From IMG/VR virus record IMGVR_UViG_3300028888_000001: a stretch of DNA of 64,000 bases, one strand, 5' to 3'. How positions within the stretch are numbered: position 1 is the first letter of the stretch; each line of letters opens with the position of its first letter. The stretch is from a virus. Lineage: Duplodnaviria > Caudoviricetes. This document shows positions 50,875 to 62,267 of the stretch, piece after piece. Position numbers and translations under genes: made by a program. The notes under the pieces are model-generated. The model saw nothing but the letters and a program-made list of their open reading frames with translations. It made no database searches and had not been told where the DNA came from.

Positions 50875-53800
50875 ATGATTACTCCAGAAAAAACATATAG
50901 CACAAACCCATTTGTTGATAATATTATTTATTTTGCTAAACTGATGGGTTTAAATTGTACTGTAAAAGATGAAGACGAAGCGTTATCTTTTGAAACTAAA
51001 GAAACGCTACGAGCAGCGGATGTTCTGTTTGCTTGCGTAGATAAAAATAGTCGTTACGAAATGTTTACTTATATACCTAAAGAGATATTAAGTAAATATA
51101 TCGATACTATAAGTAATCTTGACTTATATACTAAAAATAAAATGGCTCTTAGAGCTCATTTTAATACATTTACCAGGATGGAGAGAAGTAAAAAATTAAA
51201 TAAATTAAACTCTCTAGCCCGTACTGTTTATATAGATCATTATGAGATAATGGATAACTATCTATCCAATCTTCCTACTACATGGCTAGAAGATAATCTA
51301 GAGCTATATAATAAGTGTGTTTCTGAAGAAGCCACATACGTTGACCTTTTCAGTGAATTACCTGCTAAGACTGTATTAAGAATACTTAAAAGATATTTAA
51401 ACTCAAGTGACTTTGATAAATTCACTAATATATGGGACGCTAAATCTTTAATATCAGTAGAGGATCTATTAGCGTTAATACCTAAACCGGGTGAATCTAT
51501 ACCAACAGTAAAGCAACTTTTAAAACTCACTGATGATATAAATACAAGAAGAATTCTTCTTAATAAAAATTATATTATAGAAAATCCAGATCAGCTGATA
51601 GATGATACTATTCAATCTTATAGTATTGAACTTGGAAGCTTTATTAGTTTCAGTTCAAATAGTGAATCTGTATATAATGAACTGGATAAGATTTCAAAAG
51701 CAATGCGTGAAGTATTTAAAGATCATTATGAAATGATGAAAGAAAGAAAATACTTCAGTGAGAATGTTAATGATGATCCAGACGTGGAAGATGATGAACC
51801 ATTCTGGATGCAATTTTACCCAGAACAAGAAACTTATGAAAAATGTAAAGCCGGTACAGCAACGTATTATGAATTATATGATTTCTTCCCCAAAGGCAAA
51901 TTAAAAGAATGCTTAACCGAAGTTCTCGGAGATGATGTAGAAACATATAATCTCATGAACAGTGCTGAAACTCTTAAAGGCTATTTAACAGGTGGATATC
52001 GTACAGATGCTACTAGTAAGATTATAGAGCTAAATCAGTTATTATCTGAAATTTATTTAAACAACTATCAGCTCTATATGAATACAGATATCTATTATAA
52101 ATGCCAAGACGGAAGAATAGACTTTTATGGGTTGATGGAATATTTACCGCCTGAAACGATAAAATCTATTATATTAACTGAATTTGATGAGGTTACAAAT
52201 CTAGATATCTACTCTACCAATAAAGCTATGCTAGATGATTATCTAGATTCGTTAACAGATACAGTAGATTTAGTTTATGATGATGGTACTAGAGCTACTG
52301 TAACCAGAGGTGAATATATAAAATATCACATCAATAAAGATATGCAAACTTGGTATCCAAATAATCATGTAGAGAAGAATAATTACTATAGAGCATTGAT
52401 TGGATTGCCACCTTTGGACAGCAGTGGAAATCCGTGTATTGATACTTTGGTTCATACATATGATGAAACTACTGACTCATATATTGAGTTTGGTGATAGG
52501 TTCACCTCTCAGTGTCCTACAGATATTTATCCTGATTATCATTGGAGACAAGAATTTTATAAATATGATTCTTACGACGTTGCTGTATTGGAAGAGTCTG
52601 GAATATTGGCTGACTATATGGCAGCATGTGGACAAACCACAAATAAATTACGCTACAGGTATTTAAATTATCTGGGTGACTATGCTCTTAATATATATGA
52701 ATGCCGAAAAGCAATGAATTTTCAGCTTATTGGTATGCCTACAGTAACAGATTCTATAATTAAAAGAAAGTTTGTAGACACATTCGAACTTAATAGAGAT
52801 TATATTGTTCGTGCTGTATATTCAGATGCGTATAAATTCCAGTCTGATTACTTTAATAAATTTATAATTATATTCATTATCATTAATACTATAATGGATA
52901 TGCTTACTGGAATACCAGATTTAATTATAAATAAAGACGTATTCGATGCTAGATGTATTAGATATTTATTCGAATCATATGGCATACCATATTATGCTGA
53001 AATTCCTGTGAAATATCAGCAAGCTATGCTTAAAAATCTTAATACTCTCATCAAGTATAAATCTAGTACCAAAAACATGGTAGACATCTGTAGTCTATTT
53101 GGTTTTAGAGACGTTAGAGTATTCGGATATTACTTAATGAAAGATCAAAATACTGATAAATATACTGGAGATTTTATTTTATCAGAAAATAACGATATTA
53201 ATTATAGTCCAGATAATCTTTATGTGCTTGATAAGACTACTGGAACTATAACAGATGTTTCCGGTAGAAGATTTTCTAAGCTTTCAGAATACAGACATTT
53301 TATAGAAGATTATTATTTTAAGACTATAACTGTGAAAAATAAAGATGGTTCTATAGAGAAGAAAAAGATTATCAACAACGAGAGAGAATTATTTGTATAC
53401 GACAGTGCTTATAACGAAATGATTCCTCTTAAAGATAGTTCATATTTCACACGCATTAAAGCAAACCAAGAACCATCAGCAAGTCTTAAATTCATCAAAG
53501 TCCCTGTAGATGAAACTCTAACAAACTATAAGCAAGATAGCGATTATATTATAGACTATGATGAAATCACTACAGGCGATGATGTATGGGATGGTGGATT
53601 AGACCACGAATACTTAAAAAAGAAAATTATTGATTATGAATTCAATGCTGTTAAATCTAAATATATATCCATAGAGACCACTACAGATATGACAGAATTA
53701 GCTTTTCAAATATCATATTTTTATAATATGCTATTTGATGGATATTATTCCGAAGAGGGGCTAAAACTAGATATTCCATATCTTCGTTCAGGACATAAAT

Positions 53801-56800
53801 TTAGATTAGTAGACGTTATATGCTATCTGTTTGCATTGAATTACTATTACTATGGTCTTGAAGATAGGATCATGTATTCACCCACACAGATTTTATATGT
53901 TAAGGGTTATAACTTTAATGAGGATCTGAATAAAATTTTGGCAGACCCACAGATATTTACTCAAGAGTCGCCAATAAAAAATATATTCGACGTTAACCAG
54001 CAGATAGCTGACAATGGATATGATTATCAAAAGGAATTTGATCAACCACATCTTAAAGTTAAATCATTTAATCTCCAAGCTGATATAGATGCATTGAATT
54101 TATGGCTAAATGAAACATATCAAATGGATTTATCTGATTTTATTGTAGAAGAGGGTGAATCTGAAGAGGACAATATTACATTAAAATCTTTCTTCTCATT
54201 AAATAATTCGGCATATCAAAAGTCTATTTTTAATGGAGACATGATGCCAATTAATTATAATAACAATATAAAGTATGCATATGATTTTGATGTAATAGAG
54301 AAAATATATTCTAATGATATAAATGCTCAAAAGCATACGTATATACAAGAGAAAATTCCAACAATAAGAGAATCTGAAAACATCGGTGTTTATGTTGAAA
54401 ATCTCATTAGGGGATTACCTAAAACTATAGAATTTCCGTCTATAACAGAAATTATATATAGAATGAATTCTATTGGCAGTGAACTTACAGATTATTCTAT
54501 GCTCACTACAGTATTAGGTTATCCTGAAGAGGAAGCTCAAGAGATTTTAAATAATGAGATAGGATTATATTATTTCATAGAGCTTCTAGAAAATACCAAT
54601 GATGTAATTTATATTTTTGATAATGATAGATACGCTGTAATAAATAATGTCTCTACAGCAGTTTACAATCAATATTATAAAAATTATGATTCGTCTATAT
54701 ATGAAAAAGTATCAAATGACTATTATTATAAATCAGGTGATGAATTTAAGCCTATAGTATCTGGATCTATTAGGGTTAAAAACTCTGATGGCATCTATGT
54801 ATTTGGTACTAACGCTATTTATGTTAAAGATTCTGAAACTGGAGAATATAATAAAGTTACAGATGAGAAATATTTCTATGAAGACGAAGATGAATTAATA
54901 CAAATACTTAACTTTAATAGTGAGTATTATATTTTTACAGACAATGGCTATCAGCTTAACACAGATTTATGCTATGTAAGAATTATAAACAATCTAGGGA
55001 TGGAACAGTATATCCCATTTAATGATATAGATAAATATGAAAATATAATAGTACAAGATTCAGGTTGTTATCTAAGACATTCTGATGGTCATTTTATCAG
55101 ATTCGATACAACGGATTATTATAAGAGAGTCTTCGGTAAGAATATACTAGACCTAAATGATTCTCTTCAAAGCTATGAAAATTCCGGGCTTACGTTTGAC
55201 TATAATCCAACGACTGGAATCATAAAGATATATGGTAACTCTGATAATAATGGCTATTCTAGTAATCTCTACATAGAGAATGAGAATTTTAAAGAATACT
55301 ATAATGCTAGATTCATATTCCCAGAAGATACTATAGTGACATTCTGTGCTAATGCTTCAGAATATCCAGCAGAATTAAGCTTTGAAATTACAGATGGGAC
55401 TACAGTTTATACAGATACTGGTAATGGTATCACATTCACAGCTGAAGCTGATAAATTATACCTATTTAGGATATCATTCATTGCAGGGCTATCTGTAGAT
55501 AAAGATTCTCCTATAATAGTTAAACCTCAAGTAGAGATAAGAGAAGAGAAAACAGAATTTGAGCCTTATAGAGTAAAAGATACTGAGTATGCTAATTTAG
55601 CGATATATAAAGAAGAACCATTATTTGTTAAGACTATCAATAAGACAATCTATTTTGATCCTGATGAGCCAGATGTTTATTATAAAAAGCTTAGTGATTT
55701 TTATGCTGAAAATACATATGATATCTATAGAGATGAGCTTTATGTAATAGACCATAATGGGAATTATATTTTAGTAGATAATCTACTATCTCCATTAAAC
55801 TGCTACTATTATAATTATGATACTGATCAATATGAATTAATTATAAATCATTTCATTACTTTTAATGAATATGAGAATCCAAAAGATGTAAGATACATTC
55901 TCATAAAGCAGAACAATAATGATTATTATAAATATGAAGAAGATCCAAACACTGGAAATTATCTATTAGTATCATCTGATATAAAACGTTATATTTATGA
56001 TAGCAATACTGAAGATATTTTGGTTCTATACAAAAACGTTTCTTATGCTGATACTAATATGCTATTTGTGTCATTGAATAAATCCCTCTATACAGAAAAT
56101 CTCGATGCTGAATTGTATCAAACCGATGATTATAATCCTTCATTAACAGACGATAGATGGGATGAAAATGATTGGTATTACGATAATCCATCGTCAGATG
56201 AAAATGTCTCTATTGGAATGAATGGAGAGAATATATGGTACTATCGTAAGCCAGGCGACAATAGCTCAGAAGAAACTGTAGAAGAGCAAGATAATGATAC
56301 TATTGGATCTGGATATTATTTAGAAGCATCGTCATATCTAGGTGCTATTGAACTTGAAGATGGTCAAGAATATTATATAGCATTTGACGTTGAGACTAAC
56401 TTTTATGGCTCTATGAGTATTTATTGTTCAGCTGACGCTAATATGAATACTCCAAATGATAGAGTTTATAGTTTCAGAAACAACGAAAAGAAACATATTT
56501 CTCAAGTATTTACAGCCAACTCTACAACTAGACCTTCATTAATATTTGCTAAGTATAACTTTACAGATAACCCAATTAATATTGGTAACTATGTTGTAGT
56601 TTCAAATATTAAAGTAATTAAGTCTTATTCTAAAGACTTCATAACTACAGATATACCATCATATGATCAATTAGATAAACTATATAGAACTAACGAAAAA
56701 ATTTATAAATGGCTAATCGATGCCATGATTAATACAGATGATAAAATACTATATGATATCTATAAGAAGCTCTATGATGCTCTTATGATTTCTAATTATA

Positions 56801-57639
56801 ATAAAGAAGCATTTAAGCTAGGGCCAAATGAGTATGCATTAACCTTCACAGAATTCTTGAAATCTAGAGATGAGGTATTGCATGATAAGCTAGAATATTT
56901 CAAGAATATGGAATTTGAAGTAATGCAGAAAAATATTGCCGATGAAATAATTGAAATAACTTATGCTCTAAATGATGTTATCGGAAACTATGATTATAAT
57001 TATTTGTATTCATATTTTCCAGGAACATCTATAAACTTTATACAAGATTATATTTATAAAATAATAAATTGGTTTAAGTCTTGGAAGGTTCAGCTTCTGG
57101 GTATAAATACAGTATATCACTTAGGTGGAACTGCTGGATCTATATTTGATAATTCTGATTATTTAGTTAAAATATTACAGAAGAACGAACGCAAGATTAA
57201 AATAAATACCAAGTTACCAGACTCGTTTGTGTATGGTAATTGTAAAGTAAATCCAATTTATGATTATTCACCAGATGGAACTCCATATGCTCAGAAATAT
57301 GATTTTGATCCTGTACTGGATATGCATAAAAATGTTGGTATTAAGCATAGAATTAGAGTTATAACACGTACAGCAAACTCGCTATCTTATACTGATAATG
57401 AAACAAATATGAGGCTGAGTTTATATGATGATTCAACTCATGTTTGGGTTAACGATAAAAATATCCTGATGATCAGAACTATTAATGGAGATTCATTTGA
57501 ACCTATAGATACTAATAAATTATTAATGCATGTAAATGATGAAGATGATGCTGACATGTATATATCTCAAGTCTTAGGAGAGGTAAATATCTTAAGTGGC
57601 GATTATATAGAATACGACGAAATGGATATGGAGGATTGA
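50875..57639 (+). CDS. Very large virion structural protein, probably baseplate wedge
   Basis: 2254 aa; late-type promoter at 50812; segment YLFESYGIPYY..QQAMLKNLNTLIKYKSSTKNMVDICSLFGF resembles the P2 gpI/wedge motif; inserted carbohydrate-binding-like domain (GKNILD..PQVE..TEFEPY). Confidence 0.6.
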   Translation: MITPEKTYSTNPFVDNIIYFAKLMGLNCTVKDEDEALSFETKETLRAADVLFACVDKNSRYEMFTYIPKEILSKYIDTISNLDLYTKNKMALRAHFNTFTRMERSKKLNKLNSLARTVYIDHYEIMDNYLSNLPTTWLEDNLELYNKCVSEEATYVDLFSELPAKTVLRILKRYLNSSDFDKFTNIWDAKSLISVEDLLALIPKPGESIPTVKQLLKLTDDINTRRILLNKNYIIENPDQLIDDTIQSYSIELGSFISFSSNSESVYNELDKISKAMREVFKDHYEMMKERKYFSENVNDDPDVEDDEPFWMQFYPEQETYEKCKAGTATYYELYDFFPKGKLKECLTEVLGDDVETYNLMNSAETLKGYLTGGYRTDATSKIIELNQLLSEIYLNNYQLYMNTDIYYKCQDGRIDFYGLMEYLPPETIKSIILTEFDEVTNLDIYSTNKAMLDDYLDSLTDTVDLVYDDGTRATVTRGEYIKYHINKDMQTWYPNNHVEKNNYYRALIGLPPLDSSGNPCIDTLVHTYDETTDSYIEFGDRFTSQCPTDIYPDYHWRQEFYKYDSYDVAVLEESGILADYMAACGQTTNKLRYRYLNYLGDYALNIYECRKAMNFQLIGMPTVTDSIIKRKFVDTFELNRDYIVRAVYSDAYKFQSDYFNKFIIIFIIINTIMDMLTGIPDLIINKDVFDARCIRYLFESYGIPYYAEIPVKYQQAMLKNLNTLIKYKSSTKNMVDICSLFGFRDVRVFGYYLMKDQNTDKYTGDFILSENNDINYSPDNLYVLDKTTGTITDVSGRRFSKLSEYRHFIEDYYFKTITVKNKDGSIEKKKIINNERELFVYDSAYNEMIPLKDSSYFTRIKANQEPSASLKFIKVPVDETLTNYKQDSDYIIDYDEITTGDDVWDGGLDHEYLKKKIIDYEFNAVKSKYISIETTTDMTELAFQISYFYNMLFDGYYSEEGLKLDIPYLRSGHKFRLVDVICYLFALNYYYYGLEDRIMYSPTQILYVKGYNFNEDLNKILADPQIFTQESPIKNIFDVNQQIADNGYDYQKEFDQPHLKVKSFNLQADIDALNLWLNETYQMDLSDFIVEEGESEEDNITLKSFFSLNNSAYQKSIFNGDMMPINYNNNIKYAYDFDVIEKIYSNDINAQKHTYIQEKIPTIRESENIGVYVENLIRGLPKTIEFPSITEIIYRMNSIGSELTDYSMLTTVLGYPEEEAQEILNNEIGLYYFIELLENTNDVIYIFDNDRYAVINNVSTAVYNQYYKNYDSSIYEKVSNDYYYKSGDEFKPIVSGSIRVKNSDGIYVFGTNAIYVKDSETGEYNKVTDEKYFYEDEDELIQILNFNSEYYIFTDNGYQLNTDLCYVRIINNLGMEQYIPFNDIDKYENIIVQDSGCYLRHSDGHFIRFDTTDYYKRVFGKNILDLNDSLQSYENSGLTFDYNPTTGIIKIYGNSDNNGYSSNLYIENENFKEYYNARFIFPEDTIVTFCANASEYPAELSFEITDGTTVYTDTGNGITFTAEADKLYLFRISFIAGLSVDKDSPIIVKPQVEIREEKTEFEPYRVKDTEYANLAIYKEEPLFVKTINKTIYFDPDEPDVYYKKLSDFYAENTYDIYRDELYVIDHNGNYILVDNLLSPLNCYYYNYDTDQYELIINHFITFNEYENPKDVRYILIKQNNNDYYKYEEDPNTGNYLLVSSDIKRYIYDSNTEDILVLYKNVSYADTNMLFVSLNKSLYTENLDAELYQTDDYNPSLTDDRWDENDWYYDNPSSDENVSIGMNGENIWYYRKPGDNSSEETVEEQDNDTIGSGYYLEASSYLGAIELEDGQEYYIAFDVETNFYGSMSIYCSADANMNTPNDRVYSFRNNEKKHISQVFTANSTTRPSLIFAKYNFTDNPINIGNYVVVSNIKVIKSYSKDFITTDIPSYDQLDKLYRTNEKIYKWLIDAMINTDDKILYDIYKKLYDALMISNYNKEAFKLGPNEYALTFTEFLKSRDEVLHDKLEYFKNMEFEVMQKNIADEIIEITYALNDVIGNYDYNYLYSYFPGTSINFIQDYIYKIINWFKSWKVQLLGINTVYHLGGTAGSIFDNSDYLVKILQKNERKIKINTKLPDSFVYGNCKVNPIYDYSPDGTPYAQKYDFDPVLDMHKNVGIKHRIRVITRTANSLSYTDNETNMRLSLYDDSTHVWVNDKNILMIRTINGDSFEPIDTNKLLMHVNDEDDADMYISQVLGEVNILSGDYIEYDEMDMED

Positions 57640-57645
57640 TACGTT

Positions 57646-58587
57646 ATGAGCAATAGTAGATTATTGTATTTAAATGAAAAAATCCGTCAAAAAGATGATT
57701 TAAACTTTGGTAAACGTTTTAATTCAAAGCTTGAGTTTTTTAATGAGGTTACTGGAGAACGTATATGGACTCCTCTACATAATAAAACTGTAATAGCTGG
57801 AGGGGCTTTAACTTTAGCTAAATTATTTAATTTCGATAGATCTGCATTTGATAATACGCCTACATACGATGAAATCTTAGAGCTTGATGAGGGCAACCTT
57901 TCAGGCGATTATCCAACGATAACTATCAAAGATAGCAATAACAATGCAGTTGGTGTAATAGAAGACGAAGCTCAAAGAGTAATATGCGGTTTCTGTCTTG
58001 GTCAAGGTGGATCTGGTTCTGATATTAGTGACGTATTTGACGTTCCTTATGCATCATGGATAACTCCTGACAATATTGTGCCATTCAGATACCCATTATC
58101 CTCTACAGATAATGTAGATGAAACTATGTATAAGGGTAAGAAAACTATCAATCTTGAAACTGGCCAAACTGTAGTCGCATATTATTTTAAAGAGTTTTCT
58201 AATACTCCTGAGTTAGTGCAGAACTACGTATCTACGATTGGGACTTTTACAGATTCTGTAACTAAAGAGAATGTTTATAATGATACAGCCTCTGCAGATA
58301 AAGCACAATCATATGTAGAACTTCATCTTAAGATAACTAGAGAAGACGTAAGAGAATTCTTCTACAGACACGAAGGTATTGAATCTGCTAGAATTAATCA
58401 GATTGGACTTATTTCTGCATGGAAGAAGCCGGTTACTGTAACAAAGCTTAATGCGTCTAATAATATGACAACTGCTACATATGAGTATCTGCAAGATATT
58501 AGACCATTTAGTGTATGTAATATCCCATCTGAGGTATTATCTGATCAATCAAAATCTATATCTTGCATCTACACATTATATTGCTAA
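57646..58587 (+). CDS. Putative baseplate/tail-fibre attachment protein
   Basis: Follows the wedge-like gene; HNKTVIAG N-terminus and INQIGL..ISCIYTLY C-terminus pattern. Confidence 0.5.
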   Translation: MSNSRLLYLNEKIRQKDDLNFGKRFNSKLEFFNEVTGERIWTPLHNKTVIAGGALTLAKLFNFDRSAFDNTPTYDEILELDEGNLSGDYPTITIKDSNNNAVGVIEDEAQRVICGFCLGQGGSGSDISDVFDVPYASWITPDNIVPFRYPLSSTDNVDETMYKGKKTINLETGQTVVAYYFKEFSNTPELVQNYVSTIGTFTDSVTKENVYNDTASADKAQSYVELHLKITREDVREFFYRHEGIESARINQIGLISAWKKPVTVTKLNASNNMTTATYEYLQDIRPFSVCNIPSEVLSDQSKSISCIYTLYC

Positions 58588-58604
58588 AAATTAATTAAAT
58601 TATA

Positions 58605-58634
58605 AACCCTCTAGGGATTGCTCCCTAGAGGGTT
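58605..58634. terminator. Bidirectional terminator
   Basis: AACCCTCTAGGGA-TTGC-TCCCTAGAGGGTT. Confidence 0.85.
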
Positions 58635-58639
58635 ATTTT

Positions 58640-59065
58640 TTAATGGGCATATACTTTTATAACTTCATCATGAATATATGGTACTTTAGAATTGAAAACA
58701 CAATTCATAGTACCAGCTGTACTTGTAGTCTTAATAGCATCTTTAATATCCATCTGTGTTTGCTGAGAATATGCTAATACTATCTCGTTTGCAGTCAAAT
58801 TATTAAAGCTGCAAGCGCCAGATTTATCTCCAGCAGCAATATGAATATCAGCAATTTTGATATCATAATAATTATCATTTACATCTGGAGGAGCTAAGCT
58901 GACTAATTTCTTTATGACATCAACTAGCATATCATTGGGCTCATGATAAATAGTTCCAGATGAATTGACCATCTGCTTACCTAGCTTAAGACGTTCAATT
59001 ATATCATAAACTAGCTCTCGTTCTGTAACTTTATCTACAAGTTGATCAAACGGTATTGAGCTCAC
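58640..59065 (-). CDS. Hypothetical (likely structural) protein
   Basis: GAGGTG SD, GTG start. Confidence 0.65.
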   Translation of the reverse strand: MSSIPFDQLVDKVTERELVYDIIERLKLGKQMVNSSGTIYHEPNDMLVDVIKKLVSLAPPDVNDNYYDIKIADIHIAAGDKSGACSFNNLTANEIVLAYSQQTQMDIKDAIKTTSTAGTMNCVFNSKVPYIHDEVIKVYAH

Positions 59066-59084
59066 TATAACTCACCTCTCTTCA

Positions 59085-60509
59085 TTATATATTTGTAGCT
59101 TCAAAGACTATGTGCTCATCTAATTCAGTACGAACAAATAGCGTTATAGTTTGAGTTGTCTTACTGATAGAATAATCTAAATCTTTAAATAGTCTAACTC
59201 CATTTCTATATACTCTAATTATAGACGATGTATTATAATCCAACTCAGCAAATGAGATTACAGTCTCATCATCTTTACATGTATAGATATATCTAGTTTC
59301 TGTAAGCATACTCTCTACAAGCGAAACTACTTTAGCTGATGTATAGTTAACAATTACTTTAACTATACGACCAGCAGCTACACCATCAGGAATACTTATA
59401 TTAAATAATGATGTGTTGAAAGTTTCTGAAGTCGCTCCATGCGTCACAGAAAGTCTAATATTTTCTATCTTATTGCTAGCTGGAATAATATTTAGTAGAA
59501 TATATTTCGATGAAAGCTCAACCCCAAATGTAGAAATATCAACAATAATTTCTGTAGTGGATTGAGATAAATCATTAACAAAGAATGCAGAGTTAGATGC
59601 ATGGTTAGCTACATCACTAAGTTCACTATAAAGCTTATAAACAGATGCTGCAGAAGCTACTGCAGATGCATCATTTATAGTATAGTCATTAGATACTTTA
59701 GCTAGCTTAGTTGTTGGTATAGAATAAGATGCTATCTGTCCACCATTTATAGCTGTTTTGGAGCCATCTGCACCATCAGTTGCGTTATATATAAATAAAA
59801 TATCTATACGACGACCTAACTCAATTTTGTCATGTAGAAATGTAATTGTACATCCGTATATATCACCATTCTCATCTCTATTATCTACAATTTGGTATCT
59901 ATCTTTATCAATATAAGTAGTACCAATACGTAATTCCATATAATTACCATTCTCAGTATAGTTTAAGAATGGGTATATAATCTCAAACGTACGTTGATCT
60001 TCTTGAGTTGCTTTGATATAATCATTAGCAAACCCAAGACGAACCATATTATCAAGACGTTCTTGTAGATTGGTACCATTGCTATCAAATACAGCATCTG
60101 CCTTGGTTATAGGCATAAATACCGTACCATCAGCATTTCTCAATAAAGTAAGTATAGTATCTTTACTATAAATCTTATCAAAGTCCCTAGTATAATCATA
60201 ACCATCCAAATTCTCAGGATAAAGAAATAGCTTATATATAAAGTTAAGCAAATCATGTAATGTCATTTGCTCAGTCATTCCATCTATTGATATAGCAATG
60301 TCATTACCAAATGCTTCTTTAACAAGATAATTGGTGATATCTATTATTCTAGTTTCATCTGCTGGATCGACTATATAGATATGATAACTTGGGTTTTCGC
60401 CTTTATAATCGATCAAAAGTTCTGATGGCTGTGCTAAGTCTTTATCTTTATATGCTAGCGGCTTTAATGGTATACGCGCCATGTTACTAAATTGATCATT
60501 TAATGCCAT
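59085..60509 (-). CDS. Putative tail structural protein
   Basis: AGGAGG SD; FMPITKADAVFDSNGTNLQERL motif akin to the fibre N-termini; VYRNGVRL..DY domain. Confidence 0.6.
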   Translation of the reverse strand: MALNDQFSNMARIPLKPLAYKDKDLAQPSELLIDYKGENPSYHIYIVDPADETRIIDITNYLVKEAFGNDIAISIDGMTEQMTLHDLLNFIYKLFLYPENLDGYDYTRDFDKIYSKDTILTLLRNADGTVFMPITKADAVFDSNGTNLQERLDNMVRLGFANDYIKATQEDQRTFEIIYPFLNYTENGNYMELRIGTTYIDKDRYQIVDNRDENGDIYGCTITFLHDKIELGRRIDILFIYNATDGADGSKTAINGGQIASYSIPTTKLAKVSNDYTINDASAVASAASVYKLYSELSDVANHASNSAFFVNDLSQSTTEIIVDISTFGVELSSKYILLNIIPASNKIENIRLSVTHGATSETFNTSLFNISIPDGVAAGRIVKVIVNYTSAKVVSLVESMLTETRYIYTCKDDETVISFAELDYNTSSIIRVYRNGVRLFKDLDYSISKTTQTITLFVRTELDEHIVFEATNI

Positions 60510-60622
60510 AACTAAACCTCCTAAGGTTAAATTAGTTTCGAACTGAATTTATCCAAATGTTCCGGGTTAAGGCTTTTTATTGACATTTTGATAAAGGTCC
60601 ATATATAAGGTGGTGATTTTAT

Positions 60623-61234
60623 ATGTTTAGTATTAAAAGTGCGTTTATTAATATTAATAAAAAATATAAACAATACAAATCTAATAGAGAAAAAATAGAA
60701 ATTAAAAGAGAGCAAGAAGAGTATATCAGAAGACAAGAACGCTATAATGATATGCTTAGGGACGAAGCACAAAAGCAAAAGTTTTTACGTAATATGAATA
60801 AGATTAAAATCAATACATATACTAAAAAACTAGTTGCTGTTATAATTACATTTTGTATTGCATGTATCTCTGCAAGCTATATATTGGCATTCTTTAATAA
60901 AGATAATACTCTTGAAAGTTTATCTACTCAATTATGTATCACTATCTTAGGTACAGCATTTGTATATATGGTTAGAGCATATTTTGATTCTAAAGAAGAA
61001 CATAAAAACTTAGATAATAAAATTAAGAATGAATTAGAAGAGGGTTTACGATTTAAAATGCAAGATATGCTAAATCAAGCTGGGTTGAATGTTAATATTG
61101 AAGATTCTGAGGATGAAGAAGAGGAGGAAAGTGATGAGGAGGAAGAAATTAACAGTATAGATAAATTTGAACCTGGCGTTGTGCATTACAATAAAAAGAA
61201 AAAGATTGATGATGGCGCTGATTCTGTTGGTTAA
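60623..61234 (+). CDS. Two-TM membrane protein, possible lysis accessory
   Basis: Two hydrophobic helices, acidic tail, upstream of the holin-like gene. Confidence 0.6.
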   Translation: MFSIKSAFININKKYKQYKSNREKIEIKREQEEYIRRQERYNDMLRDEAQKQKFLRNMNKIKINTYTKKLVAVIITFCIACISASYILAFFNKDNTLESLSTQLCITILGTAFVYMVRAYFDSKEEHKNLDNKIKNELEEGLRFKMQDMLNQAGLNVNIEDSEDEEEEESDEEEEINSIDKFEPGVVHYNKKKKIDDGADSVG

Positions 61235-61292
61235 TATTTATTATCAAATGAATATTATAGTAAAATAAAAAATAGGGAGGGATTAAAATATT

Positions 61293-61841
61293 ATGAACGA
61301 TTCTGGTATTTTGTATTTAATTGTAGAAATAATTATTCTTGTTGGGTCTTATGTGGTTGGTAGATATATTATACCAACTGTAAGTTATTCAGAAACTATA
61401 TCAGATGTGACAAAAAAATTTAATCTTATAGTAGAATATGCTGATAAATTTGTATCATGGGCTAAATATTTCATGAAGAGCTATACAGGCTCAGAGAAAA
61501 TGGATGCTGTTGTTAACGAGTTGGTTAAGATAACTGAAAAATATGATATCAATATATCTAGGACTGAAATTATTGCTATAGCTCAAAAAGCTTATGACAA
61601 TATGATGATAGGTATTGATAAAGCAGAGAATGCTAAGAAGATAGCTGACGCTGCTGAAAATAAAAATGAAGCTAAAATTGTTATTCCTAATAATATAGTT
61701 CAAACAACACCTTTAGCAGACTATAAAAGTAATGAGTTAACTAGCACTACAGCAATACCAAATATCAATAATCAAACTAAAATCACCTCTGATGATCCAA
61801 TGACAGCAGTTTATTTAGCTGAGCATGGCGAAAGTTTATAA
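61293..61841 (+). CDS. Holin-like protein (LL-H type)
   Basis: N-terminal TM; V.WA..TGSEKMDAV..I..IAQKAY pattern. Confidence 0.55.
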   Translation: MNDSGILYLIVEIIILVGSYVVGRYIIPTVSYSETISDVTKKFNLIVEYADKFVSWAKYFMKSYTGSEKMDAVVNELVKITEKYDINISRTEIIAIAQKAYDNMMIGIDKAENAKKIADAAENKNEAKIVIPNNIVQTTPLADYKSNELTSTTAIPNINNQTKITSDDPMTAVYLAEHGESL

Positions 61842-61851
61842 AAAAATAAAA

Positions 61852-61877
61852 CCAGGAGGCCTTTTATGGCCTCCTGG
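61852..61877. terminator. Bidirectional terminator
   Basis: CCAGGAGGCC-TTTTAT-GGCCTCCTGG. Confidence 0.8.
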
Positions 61878-61898
61878 CATTTCTTCTGAAAACAACAC

Positions 61899-62267
61899 TC
61901 ATCTGATAGGCGCAACGAGCCCCTCAAGCTCGCACAGTTGCCTCACAATGCAGGTCTGCGCTCCACAGCGGTTCACATAGTCGCGACTATAGCTACCGCA
62001 ACTCTCAAGCGGGCAATCATGACAGTTACCACAGTTCACAGGGTTGAAGAACCACTGCGACGGCAAGTTGCCGTGAATGGTTGTCGGCTCAAATCGCTGT
62101 GACGGTACCAGATCGTTCTGTACAGCCCGATTTTCGTCGAGTGCAATCTGCACTGCTCTGGCTGCCTGCTGTAACAAATCATTTGCTTTCTTGAGGTTAT
62201 AAATGGCACGCTCGCCATTATTTTTCCTCATGAGGCCTTTGTCTTCAGAATACGTCCAATCTCTCAT
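61899..62267 (-). CDS. Cys-rich hypothetical protein, GC-rich insert
   Basis: AAGGAG SD; CGNCHDCPLESC..C..C..C; visibly higher GC than its flanks. Confidence 0.7.
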   Translation of the reverse strand: MRDWTYSEDKGLMRKNNGERAIYNLKKANDLLQQAARAVQIALDENRAVQNDLVPSQRFEPTTIHGNLPSQWFFNPVNCGNCHDCPLESCGSYSRDYVNRCGAQTCIVRQLCELEGLVAPIR

